A stretch of 64,000 nucleotides of DNA from Eledone cirrhosa (GCA_964016885.1 OZ024743.1:266166001-266230000); one strand, 5' to 3'. Counted from the stretch's first letter, positions 11,432-28,094 are shown. Program-made: numbers and translations. Notes: a model not told the origin generated them from the sequence alone.

Positions 11432-12716
11432 GCACACCCACACGCACACGCACAAACACACACACACATACACACATCACACTACATTATTCAAACACAT
11501 ATATATATGTGTGTATGTGTGTGCCTCTGTGTGTGTGTGTCTGTGTGTCTGAGCGTGTGTAAACGTGTATATATTTCTTTTTTCATTTTCTTTCTCCATT
11601 TATACATTTGTCGGGTCTTAACCATAGTTTCAAATTTAATATCCAAACTCGTCATAACAGGTTTTTATCAGTGAAATATATTTTCCACTTGGGATTGATA
11701 TTATATACAGGCACACATATATGCACACCCGCACAGACTCACACACACATAACGCGCACACGCACATACGCCCCCACACACACATATATATACATATATA
11801 CATATACATATGTGTGGGGGGGGGGGGGAGTGTGTGTGTGTATATGTTTGTGTGTGTATATATATATTCTACAGATGAAGACATATATATACATAAACAA
11901 GTAAATGTATCGATACTTAAATATATTATCTTAAATTACAGAATTTATATAGTTTTTAAACATTTGATCAAAACAAGACTTTTATATACTGGGATTTAGA
12001 AATTGAATAATTAAATACTTAATACGCCTGCCATTTGATATTTATTTATATATGAACGCTACAATTAAAATTAAAAGCTTAGTCTTCTTTCATTCATACT
12101 TCTGTATTTTCTGACTTTAGCTTTGATTTATAACCATCATACATAAACTGAATGTTATATATTGTACTGTTTAATTATAAAATTTCATAATATCACCATT
12201 TAGAACCAACTCTGCAATGAAATATTTAACAGAGTTATAAGTGTGGGAATTTATAATAAACAATTCAGTTATGGCGTCGAGCGTCAATATGAGATAAAAC
12301 GCTGCTGAAAAAATATGAATTTCATTTGCTGCCATATTTGTTAATAACACTTATATATATATATATTTATATATGTATATATATGTATGTATATATATAT
12401 ATTTATATATGTATATTGTTATACTTTGGGAGGGTCATGTTGCCAATAAGAAACACACGCACCAGCTGTTTTCACTTCAATTTATTATAATAAATTTATA
12501 AATTGAGGAATTTTGTCTCTGTGTGTGGTTCTGAGTGTGGTTACTTTCGATAAGATTGGATAGAAAAAGTAGATGATATATCTCAAATTCTTGCGTGAAT
12601 GGTGTATTAGCATCAACGCTTCCTCGGAGGAAGAAAGACACACACACACACATACGCACACCCACACGGACACGCACACATACACACACACACACACACA
12701 CATCACACTACATTAT
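11275..12716 (+). repeat. Direct duplication of about 190-210 bp (11275-11490 and 12533-12716)
   Basis: gagtgtggttactttcgataagattgg...catcacactacattat occurs twice, differing mainly in the CA tract. Confidence 0.85.
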
Positions 12717-12941
12717 AAGAAACACACACATATAGTCATTGAAGAGGTCATATTTAAACAACCATCCGGTTGTGGAACCAACCAACCAATCGGAAATTTA
12801 TAAATTTATTATAATAAATTGAAGTGAAAGCCATTGGTGCGTGTGTTTCTTATTGGCAACATGACCCTCCCAAAGTATAACAATATCGGTTTCAACACAC
12901 GTTTTCAGATAAAGAATCTTGCTAAACAAATTCAGAAACGA
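12414..12941 (+). mobile_element. Fold-back element (arms 12414-12504 / 12796-12885, tail to about 12941) in TA-rich arrays
   Basis: tattgttatactttgggagggtcatgttgcc... / ...ggcaacatgaccctcccaaagtataacaata. A related end occurs at about 60631-60661. No clean HHR seen. Confidence 0.65.
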
Positions 12942-12945
12942 AATA

Positions 12946-12992
<47 letters not shown>

Positions 12993-15072
12993 GCATATAT
13001 GTATATGTATGTATTATAGGTTACATCGAAAACAAGTAGTAATGTTCGATTCCTTTGTAAACGAGCGGCCCAATTTAAAGGTGTGCCGTGCCGGTAACCG
13101 ATAGTCACCTGTTTGTTTAACACAGGCTTTGAAATTATATATATGTGTGTGTGTGTATGATTGTGTGTGTGTATATGTGTGTGTATATATGTGTAGATAT
13201 ACAGATGAGTGCGTATCCATGCTTTTTTCTTTTTTTGCTGCCCCACTCATAAACTTGCGAGCACACTCGTTTAGATATATGACAGTTGTTCATAGTTTAA
13301 TACACATACTTTTACTTCTCAGCCATTCTCATATATTTCCCGCATATACTAACGCACATATATTTACACACTCGGAATTCCACACGAAAAGCTTTAGCGA
13401 TACAATCTATATATATGACATGGAACAGTATATACGATGCTTGCATTTACATTCATCTACACAATGGCGATTAAACGGTGCAGTAGTTCGGGTTGGTGAT
13501 TGCTGTTATCTGCAAACTTATTATCATCCGGAACCTCCAATAAGATGTGGATGGCCTTTGTAAGCCTCTTTGATCTATCTTGTCAAATCAGATACCGTGT
13601 GTCGTCTCTCATGATAATGGTGACATCACAGCACGTCCTCAATATTTTAAAAGAAGACTCGCCCTTACTATATTTATTGACCTCTTCTACAGGATTCTGA
13701 ACTTAAAACGCAGAGAGCTAGAATGTTGTCCTTTGCTCTAATGATTCTATCGAATCCCCGCCTACTTGTTCTCAGATTTAATAGTTATAAAACAAGCAAA
13801 ATCGATCAAAGTGAAATGAGTTCAATAATTGTGAAATATTTGGTCGTATAATTGGTTGGATCTGTCGCCTGTCAGAATAGTTTTGAAAAAAAAAATTACA
13901 AATAAAGCAATAATAAATTCATGTTTGACAGAGTTAACTAACTGTAAGATATTGTTCTACATGAAAGGAAAGTGATACTTCATATCAAACGACAGAGGCG
14001 AGTCGCTTTTTCGTTTATTTTCTTGTTTGCCCTCTATGTCTAACTTTTCTTTCCTTTTGAAAGAAAAATGTGAGAAAAAATATTAACTAATGACATTCAT
14101 AAAAAGACTTTCGTGCGGTTATTACCCTAAACCAGATTTTAGAATAAGAGAATGTATACAAACACATGTATATATTAGGGGTGTGTTGTTGGTGGTGTAT
14201 ATTAGGGGTGTGTTGTCGGTCTGATGTTGGTGTATAGAAACGTGTAAGAAACTGTACATCTAGCGAGTTATTATTTTACTGAAATATATTTATAATTTCT
14301 ATTCCGTTTCCATTATAATTTTCTCAACGATAAATATTTCATTTTTAGCAAATGCTCTCAAAAAAGAATGACGTTTATTTTGACTACCGTTTGTGCTGCT
14401 ATATTTTAGGGAATTTGGAAATAGAAGGATAATAAAAACAAAGAAGATTAAATGTGTTGATTGTGATAAAAAAATCTCCTTCCTTAATGTAGTGTAAGAT
14501 GAACCAGTGTCATTAGAACTTTGAGTAAAATGTGCTCTGTGTTTGCCTTGGCTTTCTGCATTCTGTTTATATCCTCTGGAGACCTTGATTACTAATCATT
14601 CTTTCGGAGTCGATGAAATAAAGCAGCAGGCAAAGCATGATGTCTATTTAATTCACTATCCCCTTGCAAAACATTTCTGATTTTGTTATTAACTTAGAAA
14701 CTAGTTTATGTAGTGATGTGGATGGGTAGAATAGCGAACAGAATGCTTTGCACTAATTTGGTATGTATTTGGTATGAATTACTGAAGTTAATTTTCCGAA
14801 TCCTCCTATCGTCGTCGATAAAATAATCCACCAGTCAAGTAATGGATTCTTTAATCCATTGCTCCATATTCAAAATGTATGGACTTTTGTCTATTTTAGA
14901 TGCATTATTATGGTCAAAACCAACTTCTATTTCTTTTGTTAGTTTTACATTGCTAACTAGAATTGAAATAACATTTGAGTCATTTAAAGAAAATGGGATG
15001 TTTGCTCGTTTTATTATTTTAGTTTTCAATGAGCTGATGTACTACCGGAGGCATTACAGTCTTGATAATCCC

Positions 15073-15253
15073 TGGCAGTATCGGTAGAGGGTCGGACGCC
15101 ATGCTTTCCAGCATAGTTACGTTCCTTTACGGTCTGAGTTCAAATCCCGTCGAGGTTGACTTTGCCTTTCATCCTTACGGGGTCGATAAAATAAAGTACT
15201 TTTGATATTGCTGGCCGTGGGCCAAAAGTAGAAAAGTAGAACAAACAATTATT
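15073..15253 (+). mobile_element. tRNA-derived SINE
   Basis: A-box-like tggcagtatcgg, B-box-like gagttcaaatcc, body actttgcctttcatccttacggggtcgataaaataaagtac. Multiple copies in this window. Confidence 0.8.
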
Positions 15254-16209
15254 GTTTGTTCAGACATATCTTATCAAGGACTACAATAATCAAAGCGTCT
15301 ATTCTTTTAAAGGCAGCATTGGCTGTATATGAATGAAATATTTTACATCTATTCTGGCTGGTAGGTTGAGTTCATAAGCTTGCTCTCAATGAGTCAGCGA
15401 AGTTTAGGCCCTTACTTGTGTCATTCTCATAAATTAAAGAACAATTGAAACATTTCGATGCTGCAATGAAACACATTATATGGCATCTTTTATTATAACC
15501 ACTTTTATATCGATTAATCGGGAGGAAAGGCAGCGCCAATGATTAATTAATTAATTCACGCCCTGTGATTGATAGTAGGAAGGAAAGTATCTTTAAAACG
15601 AGGATCTGGATTGATTGCTAACAATACCATGGATTATACTTGGAATAATGGTTGTGTTAAACCGGACAACTGATGAAGTGCGAGCCATATATGACACAGC
15701 GGGATTTGAACACAGAAGGCAAGGGGACGAAATATATAACAACAATTCATTTCGTCTCACACATTAACTTTTCTATAATTCCGCCTTCATCCTCACCAAT
15801 CGAATAAACAGAGACAAATATATTTATGTCTCTCATACTGATTAGTGTTTAGTGGCTATGATTCTTTCTCTTAACGAATGGTTGACATTTTGTTTCTTCA
15901 ACTTTTATGGTTCCCTTTCCACCAACTGGCTATTACACATGTAACTATTAATACAAACTTTGAAACTAATCTCAGTATAGGTTTTCCAATAACGTTTATA
16001 TAGATTCATTTTCTTTTATGTTTTTCTGTTTTTGGCATCATTTCTGGCTACACTTTCCCACTATTACCAGACAGGGGAAAGTCATAAAACCAGATGTAAT
16101 TTCATATGAGAATTAATGGTTAATTAATTCAGGTTTACTACATAGATTAATATATATGCACATGCATGTATATATATATATATATAGATAGATAGATAGA
16201 TAGATAAAT

Positions 16210-16624
16210 ATACACGGGTGTGTATGATTGTGTATAGAAGATTATATTAATAAAAGGAATTCCAACTTTGTCTGATTTACTCGTTTTATTTACAATCCTT
16301 TAAAATTTATAATGTATTAGAATGAAATAGTATGGAAGAATATTAAATGTTAAGTGTTAATTGAACAAGTACCTTCATGCTTTCGCAATCTTCAGGTTCA
16401 TATTCTGTGGTGACAGTCAAGTTTGCAATGTTCAACAGTTGAAAATTGTAAACTTGACTGTCACCACAGAATGTGAACCTGAAGATTGCGAAAGCATGAA
16501 AGTACTTGTTCAATTAACACTTAATATTTAATATTCTACCATACTATTTCATTCTAATACCATTATAAACTTTAAAGGATTGTAAATAAAACGAGTAAAT
16601 CAGACAAATGTGGAATTCCTTTTA

Positions 16625-16632
<8 letters not shown>
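16210..16632 (-). mobile_element. Fold-back palindromic HHR element (arms 16243-16436 / 16438-16632; tail 16210-16242)
   Basis: Diverged inverted arms centred on ttcaac-a-gttgaa, flanked by microsatellites. Confidence 0.8.
16474..16512 (+). ncRNA. Minimal HHR motif without stem II (mirror at 16362-16400, -)
   Basis: tgaac-CTGAAGA-ttgc-GAAA-gcatgaaagtac-TT-gttca. Confidence 0.65.
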
Positions 16633-16656
<24 letters not shown>

Positions 16657-16728
16657 CGTGAGCGTGTGTGTGTTTACACACACACACACATAGGTATATA
16701 TATATGTGTGTGTATATGTGTGTGTGTA

Positions 16729-16782
<54 letters not shown>

Positions 16783-17684
16783 TAGTAATTTAGATGTTTA
16801 GAAATATATGAAACACTTGACTTCTAGGGTCAATGGCCATATATTTATAATTCTCAGTTTCATCGGGCTAGGAGTCATATGTGCCACCGCTCTCACGCTC
16901 TTTGTCCAATTCATTAAGGATGGTCCGAGGTGTCATGTTCAAATAAAAATTATATATATAAATACATCAAATATCATGTAAAGCCACTGGTAGAAATGAG
17001 AGCTGGGCCTCATTGTATTTATCTACGAAGTATCGTAAAATAGAGATACAAAATCATATAGTATATAGAGAGAAATATAAATGAGTGGGTACAATATCGT
17101 AGAAATAGAACTATTTACAGTATAATAGTTTATATGTTATATTATATGAAGTATTTACACATCATATCAAATAGATTGGGCTAAGCAACAATGTAAAAAC
17201 CGAAAGAAGTAACTCCAAACATTATACAATCGTTCTTCATCTTCATATCTCATATTTTCTAGGAGAAAATTGATGTGACAAAATAAGACATCCATTTATC
17301 GTCTCTTGATATCAGACATAACACCTTTATACCAGCTTTAGTATATGCTTAGACATTGATATCTTTGAATGGTAGACAGCTATCAGAAATATAAATTACA
17401 TTATTATGCACAACGAATCAATTTCTTACCTACGAACTTTTGGAAACGTATATTAGTAATGTGCATTCTCCTCATTTCGAATTTGGTCTAGTTACTCGAC
17501 CTTTTTTGAGTAATTCGATGAAGGAAGGAGCTACAATACACACTGATACTGCCACCGAATGTGCGACAAAATTTCTTTGAATAAAAAAGAAAGATTTCGT
17601 CGCTAAATCAACTGTTGAATGTGTTAATTGCCTGAAATGAAACTTTTACGTGTTTTTTTTTTTTTATCTATTGGCAATATCCCG

Positions 17685-17726
<42 letters not shown>

Positions 17727-17736
17727 CGGGATATTG

Positions 17737-17786
<50 letters not shown>

Positions 17787-17803
17787 TGTATATATATATA
17801 TAA

Positions 17804-17875
<72 letters not shown>

Positions 17876-17933
17876 ATATGTATATATATATAAATATATA
17901 TATATATACATATAAAATAATTTATTATTATTA

Positions 17934-18024
17934 CTTTCATCCTTACGGGGGTCGATAAAATAAAGTACCAGTAATGCACTGGGTAATTGCTGGCCTTGTG
18001 CCTAAAGTAGAAACAATTATTACT
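17934..18024 (+). mobile_element. SINE 3' half
   Basis: ctttcatccttacgggggtcgataaaataaagtaccag...ggccttgtgcctaaagtagaaacaattatt. Confidence 0.8.
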
Positions 18025-18047
18025 ATATACATATATATATATGTATA

Positions 18048-18241
18048 TAGTAATTGTTTCTACTTTAGGCACAAGGCCAGCAAATTACCCAGTGTATTAC
18101 TGGTACTTTATTTTATCGACCCCGTAAGGATGAAAGGCAAAGTCAACCTCGGCGGGATTTGAACTCAGATCATAAAGGGACGTAACTATGCTGGAAAGCA
18201 TGGCGTCCGACCCTCTACCGATACTGCCAATCCACCACCCT
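18048..18241 (-). mobile_element. Full-length tRNA-derived SINE
   Basis: Reverse complement reads agggtggtggattggcagtatcgg...gagttcaaatcccgccgagg...gtagaaacaatta. Confidence 0.85.
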
Positions 18242-18335
18242 ACATATATATGTATATAGTAATAATAATAAATGTGAAGACTAAAATCCAAAGAGGGCTC
18301 GTTAAGGATAAATATATATCAAATATATAAGAACC

Positions 18336-21248
<2,913 letters not shown>

Positions 21249-21500
21249 CTCATACGAATACCTTTCTGAATATGTATATTAATATATGTAATGTATGTGT
21301 ATGTGGTTCTGTGAGATTTAATCTTAGTTTCGATATATTTTTAACATTAGCGTTTATATATGTTGCTATCTAATTTCCTGTTACACTGTTGATACATCTA
21401 TTAACCTATTTATCGATATAGAGAATTCACGAATCTATAATATAGGCGTGTTGAGAATTTAACAGACTAACAATCTCTCACCATTTCATATTTTCTCCAG

Positions 21501-21625
21501 CTCGATGTCCCGATCCTGGGCTATAAGATCAAAAAATCCCGACGAAAACGTTGTATTAGAAGTAGCATTTTCGGATATTTACTTGTCTTCCGGTTGTGAA
21601 ACTGATTCTGTGTCTGTCTATGATG
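21501..21625 (+). CDS. Internal exon, CUB domain (middle part)
   Basis: Acceptor ttttctccag, donor gtaagt. Translates SMSRSWAIRSKNPDENVVLEVAFSDIYLSSGCETDSVSVYDG (CUB pattern W.I...V.L...C..D.V.VYDG). Phase 2 to phase 1. Confidence 0.88.
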
Positions 21626-23150
21626 GTAAGTACATGGCTCTTTTACACGATAATTATTGAATGACGACAAATTACGACATTGTTAATATGCCAGTCACCA
21701 TTTGTAATAATTTTATGATTCCTTGATTTCACTGTCTACACTTTAAAATTGGTAGTCCGCCATAACATTCGAATGGACAGTGTAGTGGCATTAGTTAAAT
21801 CACCAGACAGATTATATTGATGTATTTGTTTCTACTTTCTGGTATAGGAGATGTAATCCGGCCAAGGTCGAACATTCTTTTCATTTTTTCGGGAGGGCAG
21901 AAGTTTTACAGCGTCGAGAGATATGCCTTGCATCTCTGTTTGAGTTGTTATTTTTTGCATTTGCAGTTGAAAACCGGTACGGCCTACAGGGTGTAATAAA
22001 ACTCGCCCTGGTTATCACTACCAATTGTTCAACTTTAGCGGATCCTGTCCTGTTACATGCATTCGAGACACGATTTTCGTTTGAGGATACTTCACACCAG
22101 TCCCTGCCCCTAAAAGTAACCATGATCTCAACCTTTTCACATTAGATATATATATGGTGAGGATTGTGGCTGTAAGGGGCCTAAGGTGGATTACAGCGCA
22201 TTACGAAGGGAGGTTGTAGTAGCTGCAGATAATAGTTTTAATATACAGAAAATACATAATATGACAGCTGAACCCTGATAACGTATGTTCTTCCCATTAG
22301 GTGGCTGGTGTGGTTCACATCCGGTTGCGAAATCGGAGATACAGGTCGTGGGGTATCGTGTTACATTCCATTCTTTTTCTCGACTTCATCACTACAGACA
22401 ATAGAACAACCTTCCTCTAATCTACACCACGTCCACTTTCACCACTACCAAGAACAACACCAAGACAAGCACCGGCACAACCAACACCAACATCACCAAC
22501 ACCAACACAATTTTCTATTCTGCCAACTACATATATGCAGAAGACGGAAATGTGCGTGTCGCATATTCAGTTCAATTTAAAGATAATATAAGCTACCATA
22601 TTCATCGATTATATTTTTTTTTAAATTCCATTCGCTTATATTATTCTAGCTTGCTTGCTTTGTTGCCTTTAAATTTTAAAGACATATACAGTGAGTTTAT
22701 CATGCATAACTTCACTGAATCAAATATTTCCATTTCACTCCATCACATTTGTGAGAGTCTCTAGACTTCATACGGCAGCAAATTGCTAGAATCATACGAA
22801 CAGTGGATAGACTGCTTTGCAGCATTCGTTCCAATTGTATGCACCCTGAGTTCAAATTCCGGCGTGTTCAAATTTGCCTTTCATCCTTTTGTGGTTGAAA
22901 AAAATTATACCTGTCCAGTCCAGTACTGTGGTGCATCAATTCTCTTTCTCACTTTTCTATTTCCTTCCTCTGGATAGTATTGATCAATTTCAGACATGAA
23001 GAGAGGATGGGATTTCGAAGGTTTTTAGAGAGAAATGCCGAAGAGAATGTCCTATGTCGCTACACACCCCTTCGTCTCTACCATGAGTTGCTGGTTCATA
23101 TTTAGATATATAGGGTCGATAATATATCCTTGTTGCTTTTCTATTTCCAG

Positions 23151-23303
23151 GGTCTACAGAATACGACGTTCTACTAGGAAAGTGGTGTGGAGAGGATCAA
23201 CCGAAATTTGTGACGACTAACAGAGATATGTTAGTGGTTTTCCATACAAATTCCTCTGCAGAACATACGGGCTTTTTAGCATCTTACCATACGGAACTGC
23301 AGT
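23151..23303 (+). CDS. Internal exon, CUB domain C-terminal half
   Basis: Acceptor ctatttccag, donor gtaagt, phase-compatible. GSTEYDVLLGKWCGEDQPKFVTTNRDMLVVFHTNSSAEHTGFLASYHTELQ. Confidence 0.9.
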
Positions 23304-23536
23304 GTAAGTTTTGGTTCTTTTACTATTTATGATTATATATGCATCACACGCCTCTCTCTCTCTCCACCTGTAATCTTATATTGATTTATGTTTATACGCA
23401 TGCCTACCTCCCCATATATAACTTTGATAACTTTCATAGGTATCAGTCAGTATTGACCCAGAACAAGTCTAACACAATAGCACCACCTGACTCGCCCGGG
23501 CATATATAGTATAATATCTATCTATCTATAGATACT

Positions 23537-23695
23537 ATAACACACCAGAGTACTCGATACTTTGGGTAGTAGAGTGGGTAATAGGATAAGGTTCAGGACC
23601 CCGACTGCAAAGCTCGAGCCGTTTCGATGGCTATTTCTGGACTTCAGAAATATCCGTCGAAACGGTATAAAGAAATAACCGTCGAAACGGTATAA
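23537..23695 (-). mobile_element. Short fold-back PLE end (family of 28304 and 42614)
   Basis: Reverse complement of the tail cctattacccactctactacccaaagtatcgag plus the ccgtttcga..gtcgaaacgg hairpin. The last about 20 bp are duplicated. Confidence 0.7.
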
Positions 23696-23870
23696 ATATA
23701 TATATATATATATCTATTATATCTATATATACACATAATACTATACATATTATATATCATATATTCACACATATATTATAGTGTAATATAATATAATATT
23801 TATATATACATACATACATACATACACATATATATATATATATATTATATTATATAATATGTATGAATAT

Positions 23871-24031
23871 AAGGGCGGTGGATTGGCAAGGAGTTACGCC
23901 CCTTTATGTTCTGAGTTCAAATCCCGCCGAGGTTAACCTTGCCTCTCATACTTACGGGGTCGATAAAATAAAGTACCAATCATACACTGCGATAATTTCT
24001 GGCCTTGTGCCAAATGTAGAAATAATTATAT
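23871..24031 (+). mobile_element. SINE (internally deleted head)
   Basis: aagggcggtggattggca...gagttcaaatcccgccgagg...ggccttgtgccaaatgtagaaataatta. Confidence 0.8.
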
Positions 24032-24083
24032 TATATATATGAATATATATGATATATTATATGATATATAATATGTATAGTAT

Positions 24084-24150
<67 letters not shown>

Positions 24151-24739
24151 CTATATATATTACATGTCGGGGTGTGTCAGGTGGTGCTATTGCATTAGAC
24201 TTTCGTTAGACAAATGTTGTATTGAGTTGTAATCGTTTGGATATGTTACCTATTCTGGATTGAGTTATGTGTTTGGGCTGTTTGTGCATACAAACTAATG
24301 GCAAATATTGTGTGTCTAGTTGTAACTGTATATATATATATATATATATATATATTAGGCCGCTGACCTCTGCCTGACCGAAACCATTTCACGCACACGA
24401 GCGCTCTGCTGAATACCTCAGATATTCAAGACAACGAACAGCGGAGGACACGTTTCGCACCTTTCCGACAGACAAACTCCCCCCCCCCCTCCCCGGAAAA
24501 AACCCCTTTGATGGATGTGAATCCGAAATATATAGGGACAATTAAATCTCTCCCAAGGTAACTCTTTCTCGTGTTGTTAATATTATTTTATCCTTTACGC
24601 TCTCGCTCTTTCCTTCATTCCTCTACACGTTACAGTCTTATACACACCACGCATCTCACCGTAGACCCACTTATATCTCTCTCTCCACCACCGGATCTTG
24701 TTACCTGGAGATTTACCCATCTGCATTGTCGAGGCTTCC

Positions 24740-26055
24740 AAACGACTTAAAGAAATTTACCTTATTATTCCACAATGCTTCAAGGAAACTTCAATACTCT
24801 CTTAAATGAATGTTATTTTTAGTAGTGCTTCTTTATTCTAATGTATGACGATATTCCTATCCTTAGCTTCAATAGTAAGTTTTGAGATATTGATGATTTT
24901 ACACTTAATTTTTTCTCAGGGGGTAATGCGTGTGCGTTGAGATGTTTTCAAATGTGGGTGTGAACAGGCCTAATGGTACTATCGATATAATAATCATTTC
25001 CAGACCACGGGACATCTTTCAGCATCTTTTCTGTTCCTCCGAGAATAAGTCGTTTATGTCGAGATGGCAGATTTCCTCATAGATAATGCTTGTTAGCATT
25101 ACGTGTGAGCAGAGACTTGTGATAGGCCTATAGTTCGTAACGTCACGACCATTAGCTTGGTCATTTATTATTAGAACAATGGTATTGTCTGTACTTCACC
25201 CGATATCAATCAGTCATTGAGCATGGCTACCAACATCGTCGCACACCAGCAGGGCCAGGTGATATCCAGTTGGTTATTTTATTGGCCGTTTTTTTTAAGG
25301 GAGTACACCGATGTGTTGATGTGCTTGTTCATTAATTTCCTTTTTAACAGTCCCAGTTCACTTTGCCCGATTATTATGCTCAAAATCCTACTGACAAATG
25401 TCTCCGAAATGTGTTGGTCTATTCAGCCTCAAGGATAGCATCGTTGCCTGTATCTTCCCTTCTATATCTTCAAATATATCTTTGGTTGTTGTCGAACATG
25501 CGGTATTTTTCTCTACTTGTCACTTGTGTAATTTTCCCCAATTTTATTGTAAACCGCCAATGTCCCTGTCTTTGTATCGTCCCCTATAAGTCGGCCTTTG
25601 TGGTCAATAAATGAAACCATTATTTTTATTTAACTGGAAAGCTTGTTCAAATGAATATCAAGCCACTACCTTCAGCCTCAGATATTCAGGACGTATCGTA
25701 GGGTTTTTGTTGTTCCCAGCAAGCATGCCTTTTGAAGTGTTCTAAAAAAGGGGGCTGAATTAATGTACTTTAACGATCCTTGAAAACTCTTAGAGATAGT
25801 ACCTAGTGCTCCTATGACAATCGGAACGTCCTTGATCTCATGACAGTCCCAAATCCTTTTTAATTCCCACTTTAAATCCTGGTATTGGTTCATTTTCTCC
25901 TCCCTTTCATGCACTCTTGTGTCAAAGGGGCAGGCTTCATTTACAATCAGGCTCGATATTTTTTGCTTGTCAAAAAACACCGGGACAGGCCTATTGTGTT
26001 ATAATTTCTTATCTGTCTGTACCCTGTAATCCCATAGCAGCTTCACTGCTTTACT
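24740..26055 (-). pseudogene. Degraded R4/Dong-like non-LTR retrotransposon fragments (REL endonuclease end 26055-25678; pre-RT and RT start about 25620-24740)
   Basis: LLWDYRVQTDKKL*HNRP...ACPFD...KMNQYQDLKWELKRIW...VPIVIGALG...LQKACLLGT, and NWISPGP / NYRPITSL / SEEQKRC*KMSRG with frameshifts. Confidence 0.75.
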
Positions 26056-26190
26056 GCATTTGAAAATAGTATTATAGTTTGTTAATGTTTATTGTTTGAT
26101 TTGATGTTATTGCTTATGCAGTTTTAAAATTTCCTAATTATCTTTCTTTCATTCTCTTATCTGTTTGTTTTATTTTCTTTCTATACACAG

Positions 26191-26417
26191 CCTCCAGTTT
26201 TAACCATCCAAGTCACATTTGGTTGTGCATCGCCCTACTTATTCTCATTATTCTTGTGGGCTGCTTCCTCCTGGGCCGTTATTTATTTAGGAAATATGGT
26301 CATCACCAGTGGTCAGGCAAAGGAAACAAGGGCACAGAGTCCATGGGCAGCAGAATGGATATCTATGACCATGCCTCCACTAGCGTTTCCATGAAGTCTC
26401 TATTAGAAACTTTCTGA
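26191..26417 (+). CDS. Terminal coding exon: transmembrane helix and cytoplasmic tail of a CUB-domain membrane protein
   Basis: Polypyrimidine tract plus acacag acceptor, in phase with the previous exon. SSSFNHPSHIWLCIALLILIILVGCFLLGRYLFRK...MKSLLETF*. Confidence 0.85.
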
Positions 26418-26485
26418 AATAACCAACAAGCCAGGCATTCAAGTTGCCCTCAACAACTTTACCAAACTACGAGGATTTGATTCTT

Positions 26486-26571
<86 letters not shown>

Positions 26572-26896
26572 CATAATAATAATGATGTTGATGAGTTGAT
26601 GATGATGATGATGATGATGATAAGGATGATTATGATAATAATAATGATTATTATTATGAGGATGAGGACACAATACATATTTACATCTTTTCCACTTTTT
26701 ATTTTTTATATACATTTTTGACTGAAACATATATGGTCCATATTTAGTAGTGGGCGGGAAGGTAAAATTATTACTAATAATATTGTCATTACTAATAGTG
26801 CTATTTTTATTACAATAGTATTTAATTATTATTGCTGTCGGTTGCATTACTATTATCATTATTATTACTACTACAATTACCATTATTTTTATTATA

Positions 26897-26943
<47 letters not shown>

Positions 26944-27041
26944 TAATATTATTAATATTATCAATACTTTGCTTTCATTTTCATATTATTTTTCAATAGT
27001 AACTAATCAATAGGTTTCTGCGTTGCCGTTCATTTTTTCAG

Positions 27042-27119
<78 letters not shown>

Positions 27120-27880
27120 TGGCATTTGAAACTCTTTGATATATACTTTCATATTTTTTAATTCATTAATCACTTCAAAGAGCATTAAAAATATCAAGGT
27201 CTCTCCGTTTAAATAGATAAACACAAGTTTATGATTAATATTAACAGGATTTTAAAAAGCGCTGTATTTACCCTCTTAAAATAATGTCAGGGATGATAGA
27301 AATATTTGATTTCTTGTTATGAAGGTGATAATTATAGAAAAATCAAGAGGATGATGATGAGGACGATGATGACAATGATGATGACAATTATTAAAGGCGA
27401 AATAATATCATAGGAATGCACTAAGTAACGTATTTTTTTATATCAAATGTTAAAATCAATATAGAATACTATTAAGCTCATTTAAGTTACGAAGACTCTA
27501 TTGAAAATAAAATTTTACTTTTCATAACAGGAACCGTTAAATTCTATACGCAATACGCCACAAGTATACAGAAACCAACATTTATACTGATATGTATAAT
27601 AATAAATATTGCTTGTATTTACGTACAATGTGGCACGCCAGCATACATAAGTAAAAACATACATAGACTAATAACTACCTAGATTTATTATGTTTTAAGT
27701 CCAATGATATAGGCGCAATTCTTTGTTTACATTTTACTTATAAGAAGAGTTCATGTCAATTAAACAGTAAAATAGATACATATACATACACACCGTCACA
27801 GATACCCTCCACACACACACTTACACACACACACACATACACACACACACACATATATATATATAATATAATATAATATA

Positions 27881-27942
<62 letters not shown>

Positions 27943-27965
27943 TTTTACACACATATGTATTATGT

Positions 27966-28055
<90 letters not shown>

Positions 28056-28094
28056 CAAAATGTTAAATGAAAAATATTCGCATAATCAAAATAT

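Noticed and set aside
13500-13700. SSGTSNKMWMAFVS looks faintly CUB-like, a possible upstream exon
   Set aside because: In-frame stop immediately upstream, no convincing splice sites, and no other CUB motifs.
15073-15150. tRNA gene
   Set aside because: A/B boxes are present but there is no cloverleaf, and the sequence continues into a multi-copy SINE body.
16004-16100. Hydrophobic stretch after an AG as a signal-peptide exon of the CUB gene
   Set aside because: Two frames look equally hydrophobic because the DNA is T-rich, and no clear donor in the required phase.
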